Positions 40,858 to 50,041 of a DNA stretch of 64,000 bases are shown piece after piece; within the stretch, counting starts at the first letter, position 1; each line of letters starts with the position of its first letter. Under the pieces are notes generated by a model. The model worked only from the letters and a program-made list of their open reading frames with translations. It was not told the origin of the DNA and searched no databases. Both the position numbers and the translations under genes were made by a program. This stretch comes from an uncultured Actinomycetes bacterium (GTDB lineage: Bacteria; Actinomycetota; Thermoleophilia; RBG-16-64-13). Location of the stretch: contig CAVVEI010000014.1 in assembly GCA_963747275.1 (NCBI GenBank), positions 72,774-136,773 of the forward strand, read 5' to 3'.

Positions 40858-40901
40858 GGGCGCCATAGAAAACCAGCGAACGCGTGAAGGGACCGGGGAA
40901 G

Positions 40902-43673
40902 ATGGCACAGCTATTCTGGCTCGATATCAATGGGATCCCGCGGACCGTGTTGGCCAACCCAGACGATAGTCTGGCCAAGGTTCTTCGGGAGCAACTGGGG
41001 CTGACCGGCACCAAGGTCGGCTGCGGTGGGGGACAGTGCGGCGCCTGCTCGGTGATACTTGACGGCAAGGTGGTGCGCTCGTGCATCACCAAGATGGCCA
41101 AGGTGCCCGAAAACGCCCGAGTGGTGACCATCGAGGGCATCGGGACTCCCGAGAAGCTCCATCCGCTGCAGGTGGCGTGGATGAACTACGGGGGCGTGCA
41201 GTGCGGCTTCTGTTCGCCGGGCTTCATAGTCTCGGCCAAGGGCCTCTTGGACGAAAACCCCAAGCCCACCCGCGAAGACGTGCGTGACTGGTTCCAGAAG
41301 CACCACAACCTCTGCCGTTGCACCGGCTACAAGCCCCTGGTAGACGCGGTCATGCAGGCCGCCAAGGTCCTGCGGGGCGAAGCCACGCTGGAGCAACTGA
41401 GCGCCAACTCCAAGCCCGACAAAGACGGCCGCATCTGGAACACCTACTATCCGCGCCCGTCGGCACTGTCCAAGGTGACAGGCACCTGCGACTACGGGGC
41501 CGACCTCGGCATCAAGCTGCCCAAGGACGCTCTTCACATCGCTTTGGTCCAGCCCAAGGTCTCGCACGCCAACATCCTCTCTATTGATACCAGCGAGGCT
41601 GAGAAGATGCCCGGCGTCCAGAAGGTGGTCACTCACAAGGACGTCACCGGCACCAACCGCATCTCGGGCCTGCTCACCTATCCCTGGAGCAAGTGCGACG
41701 GCTTCGAGCGGCCCATCCTGAGCGACACCAAGATCTTTCAGTACGGTGACGTGGTGGCCATGGTGCTGGCCGACACCAAGCAGCAGGCGGAGGCTGCGGC
41801 CGCCAAGGTCAAGGTCGGGCTGGAGAAGCTCCCCGCCTACATGAACTGCCTTGATGCTGCCGCTGACGACGCCATAGAGATCCACCCCGGCACGCCCAAC
41901 GTGTTCTTTGAAGTCGACCTCAAGAAGGGCGACCACGAGAAGGTGGACGAGCTGATCAAGAGCGCGCCGTACGTGGTGGAGAACGACTACTACACCCAGC
42001 GGCAGCCGCACATGACCATAGAGCCCGACGTGGGCTTTGCCTACGTCGACACAGACGGCGTGGTCACGGTGCACTCCAAAAGCATCGCCCTCTACATGGC
42101 TCACCTGCAGATCTGCGAAGGCCTGGGCCTGGCCGAGGACAAACTGCGGCTGATACAGAACCCGCAGGGCGGCAACTTTGGCTACAAGATCGGGCCGACG
42201 CTGGAGGCGCTCTGCGCCGTGGCCACCATGGCCAGCGGCCACCCCTGCTACCTGGAATACAGCTACCACCAGCACATGGTGTACACGGGCAAGCGCGCCC
42301 CGTGCTTCTCGCACATGAAGGTCGCCGCCGACAAGCACGGCAAGCTCATGGCCATGGACTTCGACCTGATCATGGACCACGGCGCCTACTCCGAGTTCGC
42401 GGACGAGCTGCTTACCAAGGCCTGCCGCTACAGCGGCGGCGGCTACTTCGTACCCGCCCTGCGCGGCCACGGGCGTACCGCCTTCACCAACCACACCTGG
42501 GTCTCGGCCTTCCGGGCCTACGGCGGACCGCAGGGAGCCTTCTCCACCAACCTCATCATGGACGAGTTGGCGGAGAAGATGGGGCTGGACACCTGGGAGC
42601 TCATGAACCTCAACGTGCTCCGCGACGGCGACACTCTGGGCACCGGCGAGGTACAGGACGTGTATCCGCTGCCCAAGCTGCTGCAGATGATCAAGCCCGG
42701 CTACGACGAGGCGGTGGCCCGCCGCAAGAAGGAGAGTACGCCCGAGAAGAAGCGGGGCGTGGGTCTGGCAGTGGGCATCTACAACGTGGGCAACGACGCC
42801 GCCGACCTGGCCGACTCGGACATAGAGCTCAACCCCGACGGTTCGGTGACCATCTACAACACCTGGGAGGACCCGGGCCAGGGCGCCGACATAGGCACTC
42901 TCACCACGGCCCACGAGGCGCTGCGCCCGTTGGGGCTGGCGCCCGACCAGATACACCTGTACATGAACGACACCGCGCGCTGCCCCGACAGCGGGGCCGC
43001 CGCGGGCAGCCGCTCCCAGTACATGGTGGGCAACGCAATAGTCGACTCGTGCAATCAACTGATCAAGGCCATGACCAAGGCCGACGGAACCTACCGCACC
43101 CATGCCGAGATGGTCAGAGAGGGCCTGGAGACCAAGTACCACGGCCACTTCTCCGCCGCCCCCCTGTGCGGCACCCCGGACGAGAAGACCTTCCAGTTCA
43201 GCCCCCACGGCCCGGTGCCCACCATGCAGTACGGCATCTTCATGGCCGAGGTAGAAGTGGATGTCGCTACCGGCAAGACTCAGGTGCTCAAGATGAGGCT
43301 TGACTCCGACATAGGCGTCATCGCCAACCGGCAGGCAGTCGAAGGCCAGATGTACGGCGGGCTGGTGCAGGGCATAGGTCTGGCACTGTCCGAAGACTTC
43401 GACGACATCGCCAAGCACACCAACCTCATAGCGGGCGGCATCCCCTACATCAAGGATGCTCCGGATGCTCTGGAGCTCAACTTCCTGGAGACGCCCCGGC
43501 CGACGGGCCCCTTCGGAGCCGGTGGTTGCGGCGAGCTACCCCTGTATGCACCGCACGCCGCCATCATCAACGCCATCTACCACGCCTGCGGAGTGCGTAT
43601 GACCAACCTGCCCGCTCGTCCCGAAAAGGTGCTCGCGGCTCTCAAGTCCAAGGAGCTACTTGGTAGACCCTAG
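40902..43673 (+). CDS. mop: Mop-type aldehyde oxidoreductase, copy 2. It is intact and closely resembles the Desulfovibrio gigas MOP architecture.
   Basis: Uninterrupted ORF 40884-43673; I prefer ATG 40902 as the start. Features are CGGGQCGACSV, GGVQCGFCSPGFIVSAKGLL, CRCTGYKPLVDAV, HANILSIDTSEAEKMPGV and PFGAGGCGELPL. No FAD-binding domain lies between the FeS and Moco parts. Confidence 0.9.
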   Translation: MAQLFWLDINGIPRTVLANPDDSLAKVLREQLGLTGTKVGCGGGQCGACSVILDGKVVRSCITKMAKVPENARVVTIEGIGTPEKLHPLQVAWMNYGGVQCGFCSPGFIVSAKGLLDENPKPTREDVRDWFQKHHNLCRCTGYKPLVDAVMQAAKVLRGEATLEQLSANSKPDKDGRIWNTYYPRPSALSKVTGTCDYGADLGIKLPKDALHIALVQPKVSHANILSIDTSEAEKMPGVQKVVTHKDVTGTNRISGLLTYPWSKCDGFERPILSDTKIFQYGDVVAMVLADTKQQAEAAAAKVKVGLEKLPAYMNCLDAAADDAIEIHPGTPNVFFEVDLKKGDHEKVDELIKSAPYVVENDYYTQRQPHMTIEPDVGFAYVDTDGVVTVHSKSIALYMAHLQICEGLGLAEDKLRLIQNPQGGNFGYKIGPTLEALCAVATMASGHPCYLEYSYHQHMVYTGKRAPCFSHMKVAADKHGKLMAMDFDLIMDHGAYSEFADELLTKACRYSGGGYFVPALRGHGRTAFTNHTWVSAFRAYGGPQGAFSTNLIMDELAEKMGLDTWELMNLNVLRDGDTLGTGEVQDVYPLPKLLQMIKPGYDEAVARRKKESTPEKKRGVGLAVGIYNVGNDAADLADSDIELNPDGSVTIYNTWEDPGQGADIGTLTTAHEALRPLGLAPDQIHLYMNDTARCPDSGAAAGSRSQYMVGNAIVDSCNQLIKAMTKADGTYRTHAEMVREGLETKYHGHFSAAPLCGTPDEKTFQFSPHGPVPTMQYGIFMAEVEVDVATGKTQVLKMRLDSDIGVIANRQAVEGQMYGGLVQGIGLALSEDFDDIAKHTNLIAGGIPYIKDAPDALELNFLETPRPTGPFGAGGCGELPLYAPHAAIINAIYHACGVRMTNLPARPEKVLAALKSKELLGRP

Positions 43674-46029
43674 AGAGATCCAGCGGCTTGAAGACCTCTG
43701 CATCCAGGACCATGCGCCCTGGTGCGAAGCGGTCTGCCCTCTTCATGTCGACGCCAGGGGCATGCTGGAAGCGCTCGCCCGCGGTGACTTTCGGGCCGCC
43801 GCGGGCATCTACAGCAAGAAGGCGCCGTTCCCGGGCATACTCAGCCGAATCTGCGATCAACCTTGCCGCGCCGCCTGCAAACGAGGGGAGGTGGGCGAGC
43901 CCATCAGCATCGGGCTGCTCGAGAGAAGCTGTGCCGACTACGCCGGTTTTGCCCCACAAGCGGTGGGCAACGGCTCGCCTAGATCACGCCGCGTCGCAGT
44001 TGTCGGTGGCGGTGCCAGCGGCTTGACGGCCGCGCTGGAGTTGGACAAGAGACACCACGAAGTGAGCTTGTTCGAGGCATCCGACCGTCTGGGAGGGAGT
44101 CTGCGGCTCTTCCCACCCGATGTGCTCCCGCCCGACATCCTCGATGATGAGATCGGCCGCCTGACTAAGGGCAGCGTGAACACGTGCACGGGCACGCACG
44201 TAGGGCGAGATACCACGATCGCCGAATTGCTGGAGCAGTTCGACGCGGTCTACCTGGGCGTCGGCCGCGCGTCAACGGTCGCTGACGTTGGGGGGCTGGA
44301 CCCTGTCGTATCTCGAGTGATCGGCGGCGCAATCGACCCACTGACCTTCGCTACTTGCGAGCCGGGGGTCTTCGCCGGCGGCAGTCTGCGCTGTGGTGAG
44401 GCGAAGCGTGAGGCAGCGGTAGCCCACTCGCCCGTGTTGTCGATGGCTGACGGCCGCCGGGCGGCCATATCCATAGATCGCTTCTTGAAGGGAGAGTCCC
44501 TTGGCTCGCAGCGGGAGAACGAAGGGCCCTACACCACCTGTTTGTACACCAGTCTAGAAGGGATCGAGCCCAGCAAGGCGGTCCGCCCCGCGGGACCCGG
44601 CCTGGCTTACGGCAAAGACGAGGCGATCGCAGAAGCGCAGCGCTGTTTGCAGTGCGAATGCTTGGAGTGCGTGAAGGCCTGTACCTACCTGGACCACTTC
44701 AATGAATACCCTGGTAAGTGCATCCGCAAAGTGGTCAAGAACATCACCAGCCTGCCGGGCAAGAGCTATCGTACGCACACCAAGTTCATCAACGCGTGCA
44801 GCCTGTGCGGACTCTGCGGCGTCGTCTGCCCCACCGATCTCAATATGGCGGTCGTGAACCGCGGTGCAAGGCACATCATGTGGGACAAGGGCTTCATGCC
44901 GCCGGCAGTACACGATTTCGCGCTTCGCGACATGGAGTCCAGCAATGCCGAGACGAATGCCATAGCGCGCAACCAGCCGGGACATGCGTCAAGCTCCTAC
45001 CTCTTCTTCCCTGGCTGCCAGCTGACCGCTTCTGCCCCGGACCACGTGGAGCGGACCTACGCGTACCTCACCCACACGTTGGGCGGAGGGGTGGGGCTCA
45101 TGCTGGGTTGCTGCGGCGCCCCCGCCGCCTGGGCGGGAAGGCGGGAGCTTTTTCAAGACGTGCTCGACGCTTTCGAGCGGAGATGGCAGCAGATGGGACG
45201 ACCGCGGGTGATACTAGCCTGCCCGACCTGCTCCCTTATGTTCAAACAGGGCCTTTCTGATATCCCTGCCGTCTCGCTATGGGAGGTGCTGGACGCTGAG
45301 GGTATACCCGCCGACTCTCCGCGGGGTCGTGGGGAAACGCTTGCGCTTCACGACTCGTGCACCGCCAGATCGGCGCCGGAAATGCAGGACAGCGTGCGAC
45401 GCATCGTGCAGAAGCTCGGCTATCAGATCGAAGAACTCCCCTATAACCGTGACAGGACCAAGTGCTGCGGATACGGTGGCCTCGTCTATCAGGTCAACCA
45501 GGAGTTGACCGAGAAGATCATCACGTCCCGCATCGGAGAGAGCCCGACGGACTATCTGACCTATTGCACGAATTGTCGGGATTTCTTTGCAGGGAAGGGC
45601 AAATCCTCATACCATGTGCTTGACCTCGTCTTCGATGGTCGCAAGGAGGGGACTCCGGCCAGAACCGGCCCGACTTTCTCCGAACGCAGAAAGAACCGGC
45701 GCGAACTGGCCGGCAAGATGCTCACCGAGTTGTGGGGAGAGCCGATGTCTGAACCTGAGGGACACACGCTACTCAAGGTGCGGGTGGCGCCAGACGTGGC
45801 TGCCAAGATGGAGAAGGACTTCATCCTCCTTGACGACGTCAAGGCAGTCATCCACCAGGCGGAAAAGACGGGCAAGAAGCTTGCGGTCGGTTCGACAGGG
45901 CGGCTCGTAGCTCACCTTCGCCCGTATATCGTCACCTACTGGGTCGAATACGCAAGAGACGGAGATGAGTACGAGGTCTTCAACGCCTATTCCCATCGCA
46001 TGCAGATCGTCAAGGACGCGGAGCAATGA
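43660..46029 (+). CDS. Multidomain redox protein: a GltD-like N-terminal FeS + FAD domain (NAD(P)H domain missing), a 2x[4Fe-4S] ferredoxin, two CCG (HdrD/GlcF-like) domains and a ~130-aa C-terminal domain of unknown function.
   Basis: Intact 789-aa ORF. A TTG start lies 4 nt after AAGGAG and overlaps the mop stop by 14 nt. Motifs are CEAVCPLH...RICDQPCRAAC, VAVVGGGASGLTAA, GVFAGGS, CLQCECLECVKAC...CSLCGLCGVVCP, FFPGCQL...GCCG and HDSCT...KCCGYGG. Confidence 0.75.
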   Translation: MVDPREIQRLEDLCIQDHAPWCEAVCPLHVDARGMLEALARGDFRAAAGIYSKKAPFPGILSRICDQPCRAACKRGEVGEPISIGLLERSCADYAGFAPQAVGNGSPRSRRVAVVGGGASGLTAALELDKRHHEVSLFEASDRLGGSLRLFPPDVLPPDILDDEIGRLTKGSVNTCTGTHVGRDTTIAELLEQFDAVYLGVGRASTVADVGGLDPVVSRVIGGAIDPLTFATCEPGVFAGGSLRCGEAKREAAVAHSPVLSMADGRRAAISIDRFLKGESLGSQRENEGPYTTCLYTSLEGIEPSKAVRPAGPGLAYGKDEAIAEAQRCLQCECLECVKACTYLDHFNEYPGKCIRKVVKNITSLPGKSYRTHTKFINACSLCGLCGVVCPTDLNMAVVNRGARHIMWDKGFMPPAVHDFALRDMESSNAETNAIARNQPGHASSSYLFFPGCQLTASAPDHVERTYAYLTHTLGGGVGLMLGCCGAPAAWAGRRELFQDVLDAFERRWQQMGRPRVILACPTCSLMFKQGLSDIPAVSLWEVLDAEGIPADSPRGRGETLALHDSCTARSAPEMQDSVRRIVQKLGYQIEELPYNRDRTKCCGYGGLVYQVNQELTEKIITSRIGESPTDYLTYCTNCRDFFAGKGKSSYHVLDLVFDGRKEGTPARTGPTFSERRKNRRELAGKMLTELWGEPMSEPEGHTLLKVRVAPDVAAKMEKDFILLDDVKAVIHQAEKTGKKLAVGSTGRLVAHLRPYIVTYWVEYARDGDEYEVFNAYSHRMQIVKDAEQ

Positions 46030-46253
46030 GTCCCGAGGGATCCGCACCGCCCGGAGCACGCGAAGAACCGGCCACCGTCACGTGCGCCACCCACGGCGTC
46101 CCACTGGAGCTAGCGAAGATCGACGTGACATATCAGGGGCATACCTTCCCGATCGACGTGCTCTGCTGTCCCGTTTGCGGATTGGCTTTGATTCCCGAAG
46201 AGCTTGTCAAGGGCAGGATGTTCGAGGTCGAGCAGACCCTCGAGGAGAAGTGA
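46026..46253 (+). CDS. Small (75 aa) zinc-ribbon-like protein of unknown function.
   Basis: ATGA overlap with the preceding gene. It has a C-x2-H ... CCPVCG arrangement (VTCATHGVPLE...IDVLCCPVCGLALIPEE) and an acidic C-terminus. Confidence 0.5.
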   Translation: MSPEGSAPPGAREEPATVTCATHGVPLELAKIDVTYQGHTFPIDVLCCPVCGLALIPEELVKGRMFEVEQTLEEK

Positions 46254-46273
46254 GCTAGCAAGGGGGCATCGAG

Positions 46274-47089
46274 ATGCAGCTGGAAGGCAAAGTCGCGCTG
46301 GTGACCGGCGGCGGCACAGGCATCGGCGCGGGGGTGGTCCACCGCTTCGTGGCCGAGGGAGCGAAGGTGCTCATCACCGGGCGTCGCAAAGAGATGCTGG
46401 ACCAGGTGGCGGCCTCGTTGCCCGCCGGGAGCGTCACCACATTCGTAGGCGACGTCTGCCAGGACGGGAACGCGGAGCGCATGGTCGAAGCGGCCGTGGG
46501 CATAGGTGGCAAGTTGGACATCCTGGTCAACAACGCGGCGATCGAGGCGAACGCCCCCGTCGTAGACATGGACCCGGCAGTCTGGCGGCAGACGGTGGAG
46601 GTCAATCTCACCGGCCCGTTTCTCATGATGAAGGCGGCAATCCCCAAGATGATCGAGGGGGGCGGAGGCTCCATCATCAATGTGGCGTCTCTGGCCGGGG
46701 TCGTGGCCGTGCCCGGCGGACCGGCTTACTGCGCCACCAAAGCGGGAGTGATACACCTGACCAAGCAGGTAGCGTTCGACTACGGCAAAGACAACATACG
46801 CTGCAACGTGATTTGCCCAGGTCCGGTGCGCACTACTATGCTCGAGGGGAACTTCGTACCCTTGGCGAAGCATCTCCAGACCGACATGGACGGGGTTTTC
46901 GCCAGGGTGGCCGAGAACGTGCCTCTGCGCCGCATCGCCGACCCGGCAGACATCGCGGGCGTGTTCGTCTTCCTGGCGGGCGATGACTCGAACTTCATGA
47001 CCGGCTCTACCATACTGGTCGATGGGGGAGTGCATTTCGTCGATTCCTTCGCCGCGGGGGTGGGCCACTACGGGGCGGCATGGGGTTAA
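46274..47089 (+). CDS. Short-chain dehydrogenase/reductase (SDR).
   Basis: Intact 271-aa ORF with TGGGTGIG and YCATKAGV motifs. Confidence 0.85.
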   Translation: MQLEGKVALVTGGGTGIGAGVVHRFVAEGAKVLITGRRKEMLDQVAASLPAGSVTTFVGDVCQDGNAERMVEAAVGIGGKLDILVNNAAIEANAPVVDMDPAVWRQTVEVNLTGPFLMMKAAIPKMIEGGGGSIINVASLAGVVAVPGGPAYCATKAGVIHLTKQVAFDYGKDNIRCNVICPGPVRTTMLEGNFVPLAKHLQTDMDGVFARVAENVPLRRIADPADIAGVFVFLAGDDSNFMTGSTILVDGGVHFVDSFAAGVGHYGAAWG

Positions 47090-47098
47090 CCGAGCCAC

Positions 47099-47119
47099 AA
47101 GCGGTCTTTCAGACCGCTT
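47099..47119. terminator. Stem-loop downstream of the SDR gene.
   Basis: AAGCGGTCT / AGACCGCTT forms a 9-bp stem with a 3-nt loop (TTC). Confidence 0.4.
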
Positions 47120-47160
47120 AGCGAGGCGTTCGAGGTCCTGCCCCTGTCTCTCCGCAAGAA

Positions 47161-47190
47161 GGGGCCCCATGTGCAGCGGGGCCCCTCTTT
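47161..47190. terminator. GC-rich hairpin flanked by T/A-rich runs; candidate bidirectional terminator between convergent genes.
   Basis: GGGGCCCC (47161-47168), a 9-nt loop, then GGGGCCCC (47178-47185). TCTTTGT follows on the + strand and TTCTTGC follows on the - strand. Confidence 0.5.
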
Positions 47191-47245
47191 GTCGATCAGG
47201 CGCGGGGCAGAGCCCCTGCCGCCTTCAGTTCCTACGTCCGGCGGG

Positions 47246-50006
47246 CTACTTGGCCTTGAGGGCCGCGAGCACCTTCTCGGGCCGCGCCGGCAGGTGGGTG
47301 ATCCTAGCCCCGCAGGCGTGGTAGATGGCGTTGATGATGGCCGCGTGCGGCGACGTCAGTGGGATCTCGCCGCAGCCGCCCGCGCCAAACGGCCCCGCCG
47401 CACGCGGGGTCTCGGTGAACGTGACCTCGAAGGCGTCGGGGATGTCCTTGATGTACGGCATGCCGCAGGCGATCATGTTGGTGTGCTTCTCTAGGTCTTC
47501 GAAGTCCTCCGACAGCGCCAGTCCGACTCCCTGCGACATCCCTCCGTACATCTGGCCCTCCACCGCCTGTCTGCTGGCGATGACACCCACGTCGGCGTTC
47601 ATAACCAGTTTGACGACGGTCGTCTTGCCGGTCTTGGTATCGACTTCCACCTCAGCCATGAACACCCCGTACTGATAGGTGGGCACCGGGCGCAAGGCAA
47701 ACTGGAACGTCTCCTGGTCGGGCGGGCTGCACAGATGAGCTGCGCTGTAATGTCCTTTGTACTTGGTGGGGATGCCCTCCTTGACCATCTCCTCATAGGT
47801 GCGGTACTTGCCGCCGCCCTTGTCCATCGCCTTCAGGAGTTGCTCACAGGCGTTGATTATGGAGTTGCCGACCATGAACTGAGAGCGGCTGGCGCCGGCC
47901 GGACCGCTGTTGGGACACAGGGCAGTGTCGTTCTGGACAAGACGTATCTGCTCGGGGACCAGCTTCAGCGGCCTCAGGGCTTCGTGGGCCGTGACCAGAG
48001 TACCGAGGTCGCCGCCCTGCCCAGGGTCCTCCCAGGTGTTGAAGACCGTGACCGAGCCATCCGCGTTCAGCTCGATGTCCGTGCCGGCCTCGTCGGCGGT
48101 ATCGACGCCCGCGTTGTAGATGCCTACCGCCAGACCGACGCCCGCGCTTCTTGTCAGGGGTGGACTCCTTCTTGCAGCGCTCCACTGCCTCGTCGTATTT
48201 GGGCTTCATTATCTCGAGCAGCTTCGGCAGCGGGAACACGTCGGGCACTTCGCCGGTGCTCACGGTGTCGCCTGGATGCAGCACGTTCCGGTTCATGAAC
48301 TCCCAGGTGTCCAGTCCGCACTTCTCCGCCAGCTCGTCCATGAGCACGTTGGTGGCGAACTCCGACTGAGGAGCTCCGAAGGCGCGGAAGGCGGAGCCGA
48401 ACGCGTGGTTGGTAAAGGTGACGCGCCCTCTCCCCCTGATAGCCGGTAGGTGGTAACCGCCGCCCGCGTAGCGGGTCATCTTGGTCGCAAGGTCGTCACC
48501 GAATTCCGAGTACGGGCCATGGTCCAAGAGCCCGTCGAAATCGAGGGCCACCAACTTGCCGTCGTTGTCGGCGGCGGCTCTAAGTCTCATGGTCGCCGGT
48601 GAACGCTTGCCGGTGTAGGTGATGTGCTGATAGTAGCTGTACTGCATGTGGCAGGGCCTGCCTGTGGCCATAGTCGCGATGGCGCAATAGGCCTCCAGCG
48701 TCGGGCTCAGCTTGTAGCCGAAGTTGCCGCCTTGCGGGTTCATGATGAGCCGCAGTTTCTCGGGCTTGAGCCCGAGGCCCTCGCAGAGCATGAAGTGGTG
48801 GATGTACAAGGCGATGCTCTTGGAGTGAATAGTGACCACTCCGTCTTGGTCGATGTAGGCGAAGCCCACATCCGGCTCGATGCTCAGGTGCGGCTGCCGC
48901 TGCACATAGAACGAGTCCTCTACGGCATAGGGAGCGCTCTTGATCAGTTCGTCCACCTTCTCGTGTGCGCCCTTCTTGAGGTTGCACTCAAAGAACACGT
49001 TGGGAGTCCCGGGATGGATCTCGATGGCATCATCTTTGGCGGCGGCCGGGCCGTCCATGTAGGTGGGCAGTGACTCCAACTCCACCTCCACTCTCGCCGC
49101 CGCTGCTTCCGCCTGCGCCTTGGTTTCGGCCGCTACGACGGCGAAGACATCACCGAACTGAAAGACCTTCTTGTCGCAGAGGAGGGGCCGGTCGTAGCCG
49201 TCACCTTTGTTCCACGGGAAGATGACCAAGCCGAAGCTCCTGTTGGTGCCCACGACGTCCTTGTGGGTCATGACCTTGACGACACCGGGCATCTTCTCGG
49301 CTTCACTCGTGTCTATGGAGACGATGTTCGCGTGGGACAGCTTCGACTGAGCCAAGGCAAGGTGCAAGGTATCCTTCGGCATCTTGATGCCCAGGTCGGC
49401 GCCGTAGTCGACCGTGCCGGTAGCTCTGGCGACGCCCGAAGGGCGAGGATAGTACGTGTTCCAGATCCTGCCGTCCTTATCCGGCTTGGAATTGACGCTG
49501 AGGTCTTCGATGGTGGCTTCGCCGCGCATGACCTTGGCTGCCTCCATCACCGAATCGACCAGGGGCTTGTACCCGGTGCAGCGGCAGACGTTGCGGTGCT
49601 TCTGGAACCAGTCGCGCACCTCCGCGCGAGTCGGCTTCGGGTTTTCATCTAGCAGGCCTTTGGCGGAGACGATGAACCCCGGAGAACAGAAGCCGCACTG
49701 TACCCCGCCGTAATTGATCCACGCCACCTGAAGGGGGTGGAGCTTGTCCGGGGCGCCTATCCCTTCGATGGTGACGATCTCGGCATTCTCCGGCACGCGC
49801 TCCATCTTGGTGATGCAGGAGCGAACGACCTTGCCGTCCAGCAACACCGAGCACGCGCCACACTGCCCCGCGTCACAGCCGACCTTGGTACCGGTCAGCC
49901 CCAACTGCTCCCGAAGCACCTTGGCGAGACTGTCCTCAGGATCGGCGTACACGGGTCTTGATACTCCGTTGATGTTCAGGATCACGCGCTTCGTCATGTG
50001 TGCCAA
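47246..50006 (-). CDS. mop: Mop-type aldehyde oxidoreductase, copy 3, a close paralog of copy 2 in inverted orientation. The frame is broken once near 48142.
   Basis: ORF 47844-50006 (MAHMTKRVILNINGVSRPV...KKESTPDKKRG) continues in the frame of ORF 47246-47875 (VGLAVGIYNAGVDTADEAGTDIELNADGSV...PEKVLAALKAK). The lesion sits in the CCC run at 48141-48143. Confidence 0.85.
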
Positions 50007-50041
50007 CCCCTTCTGAATCGCACCTGTGTACTCCGCCAGTG

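Noticed and set aside
40911-43418. Very long antisense ORFs opposite well-supported genes. Examples: 835 aa at 40911-43418 (-), 665 aa at 55565-57562 (+), 485 aa at 29227-30684 (-), 451 aa at 32510-33865 (-), 446 aa at 33922-35262 (-), 390 aa at 14994-16166 (+).
   Set aside because: Their translations are Arg/Gly/Ala/His/Val-rich low-complexity strings with no family resemblance. They lie exactly opposite genes with strong motif content. Stop-poor antisense frames are expected with high GC3. They are not reported as genes.
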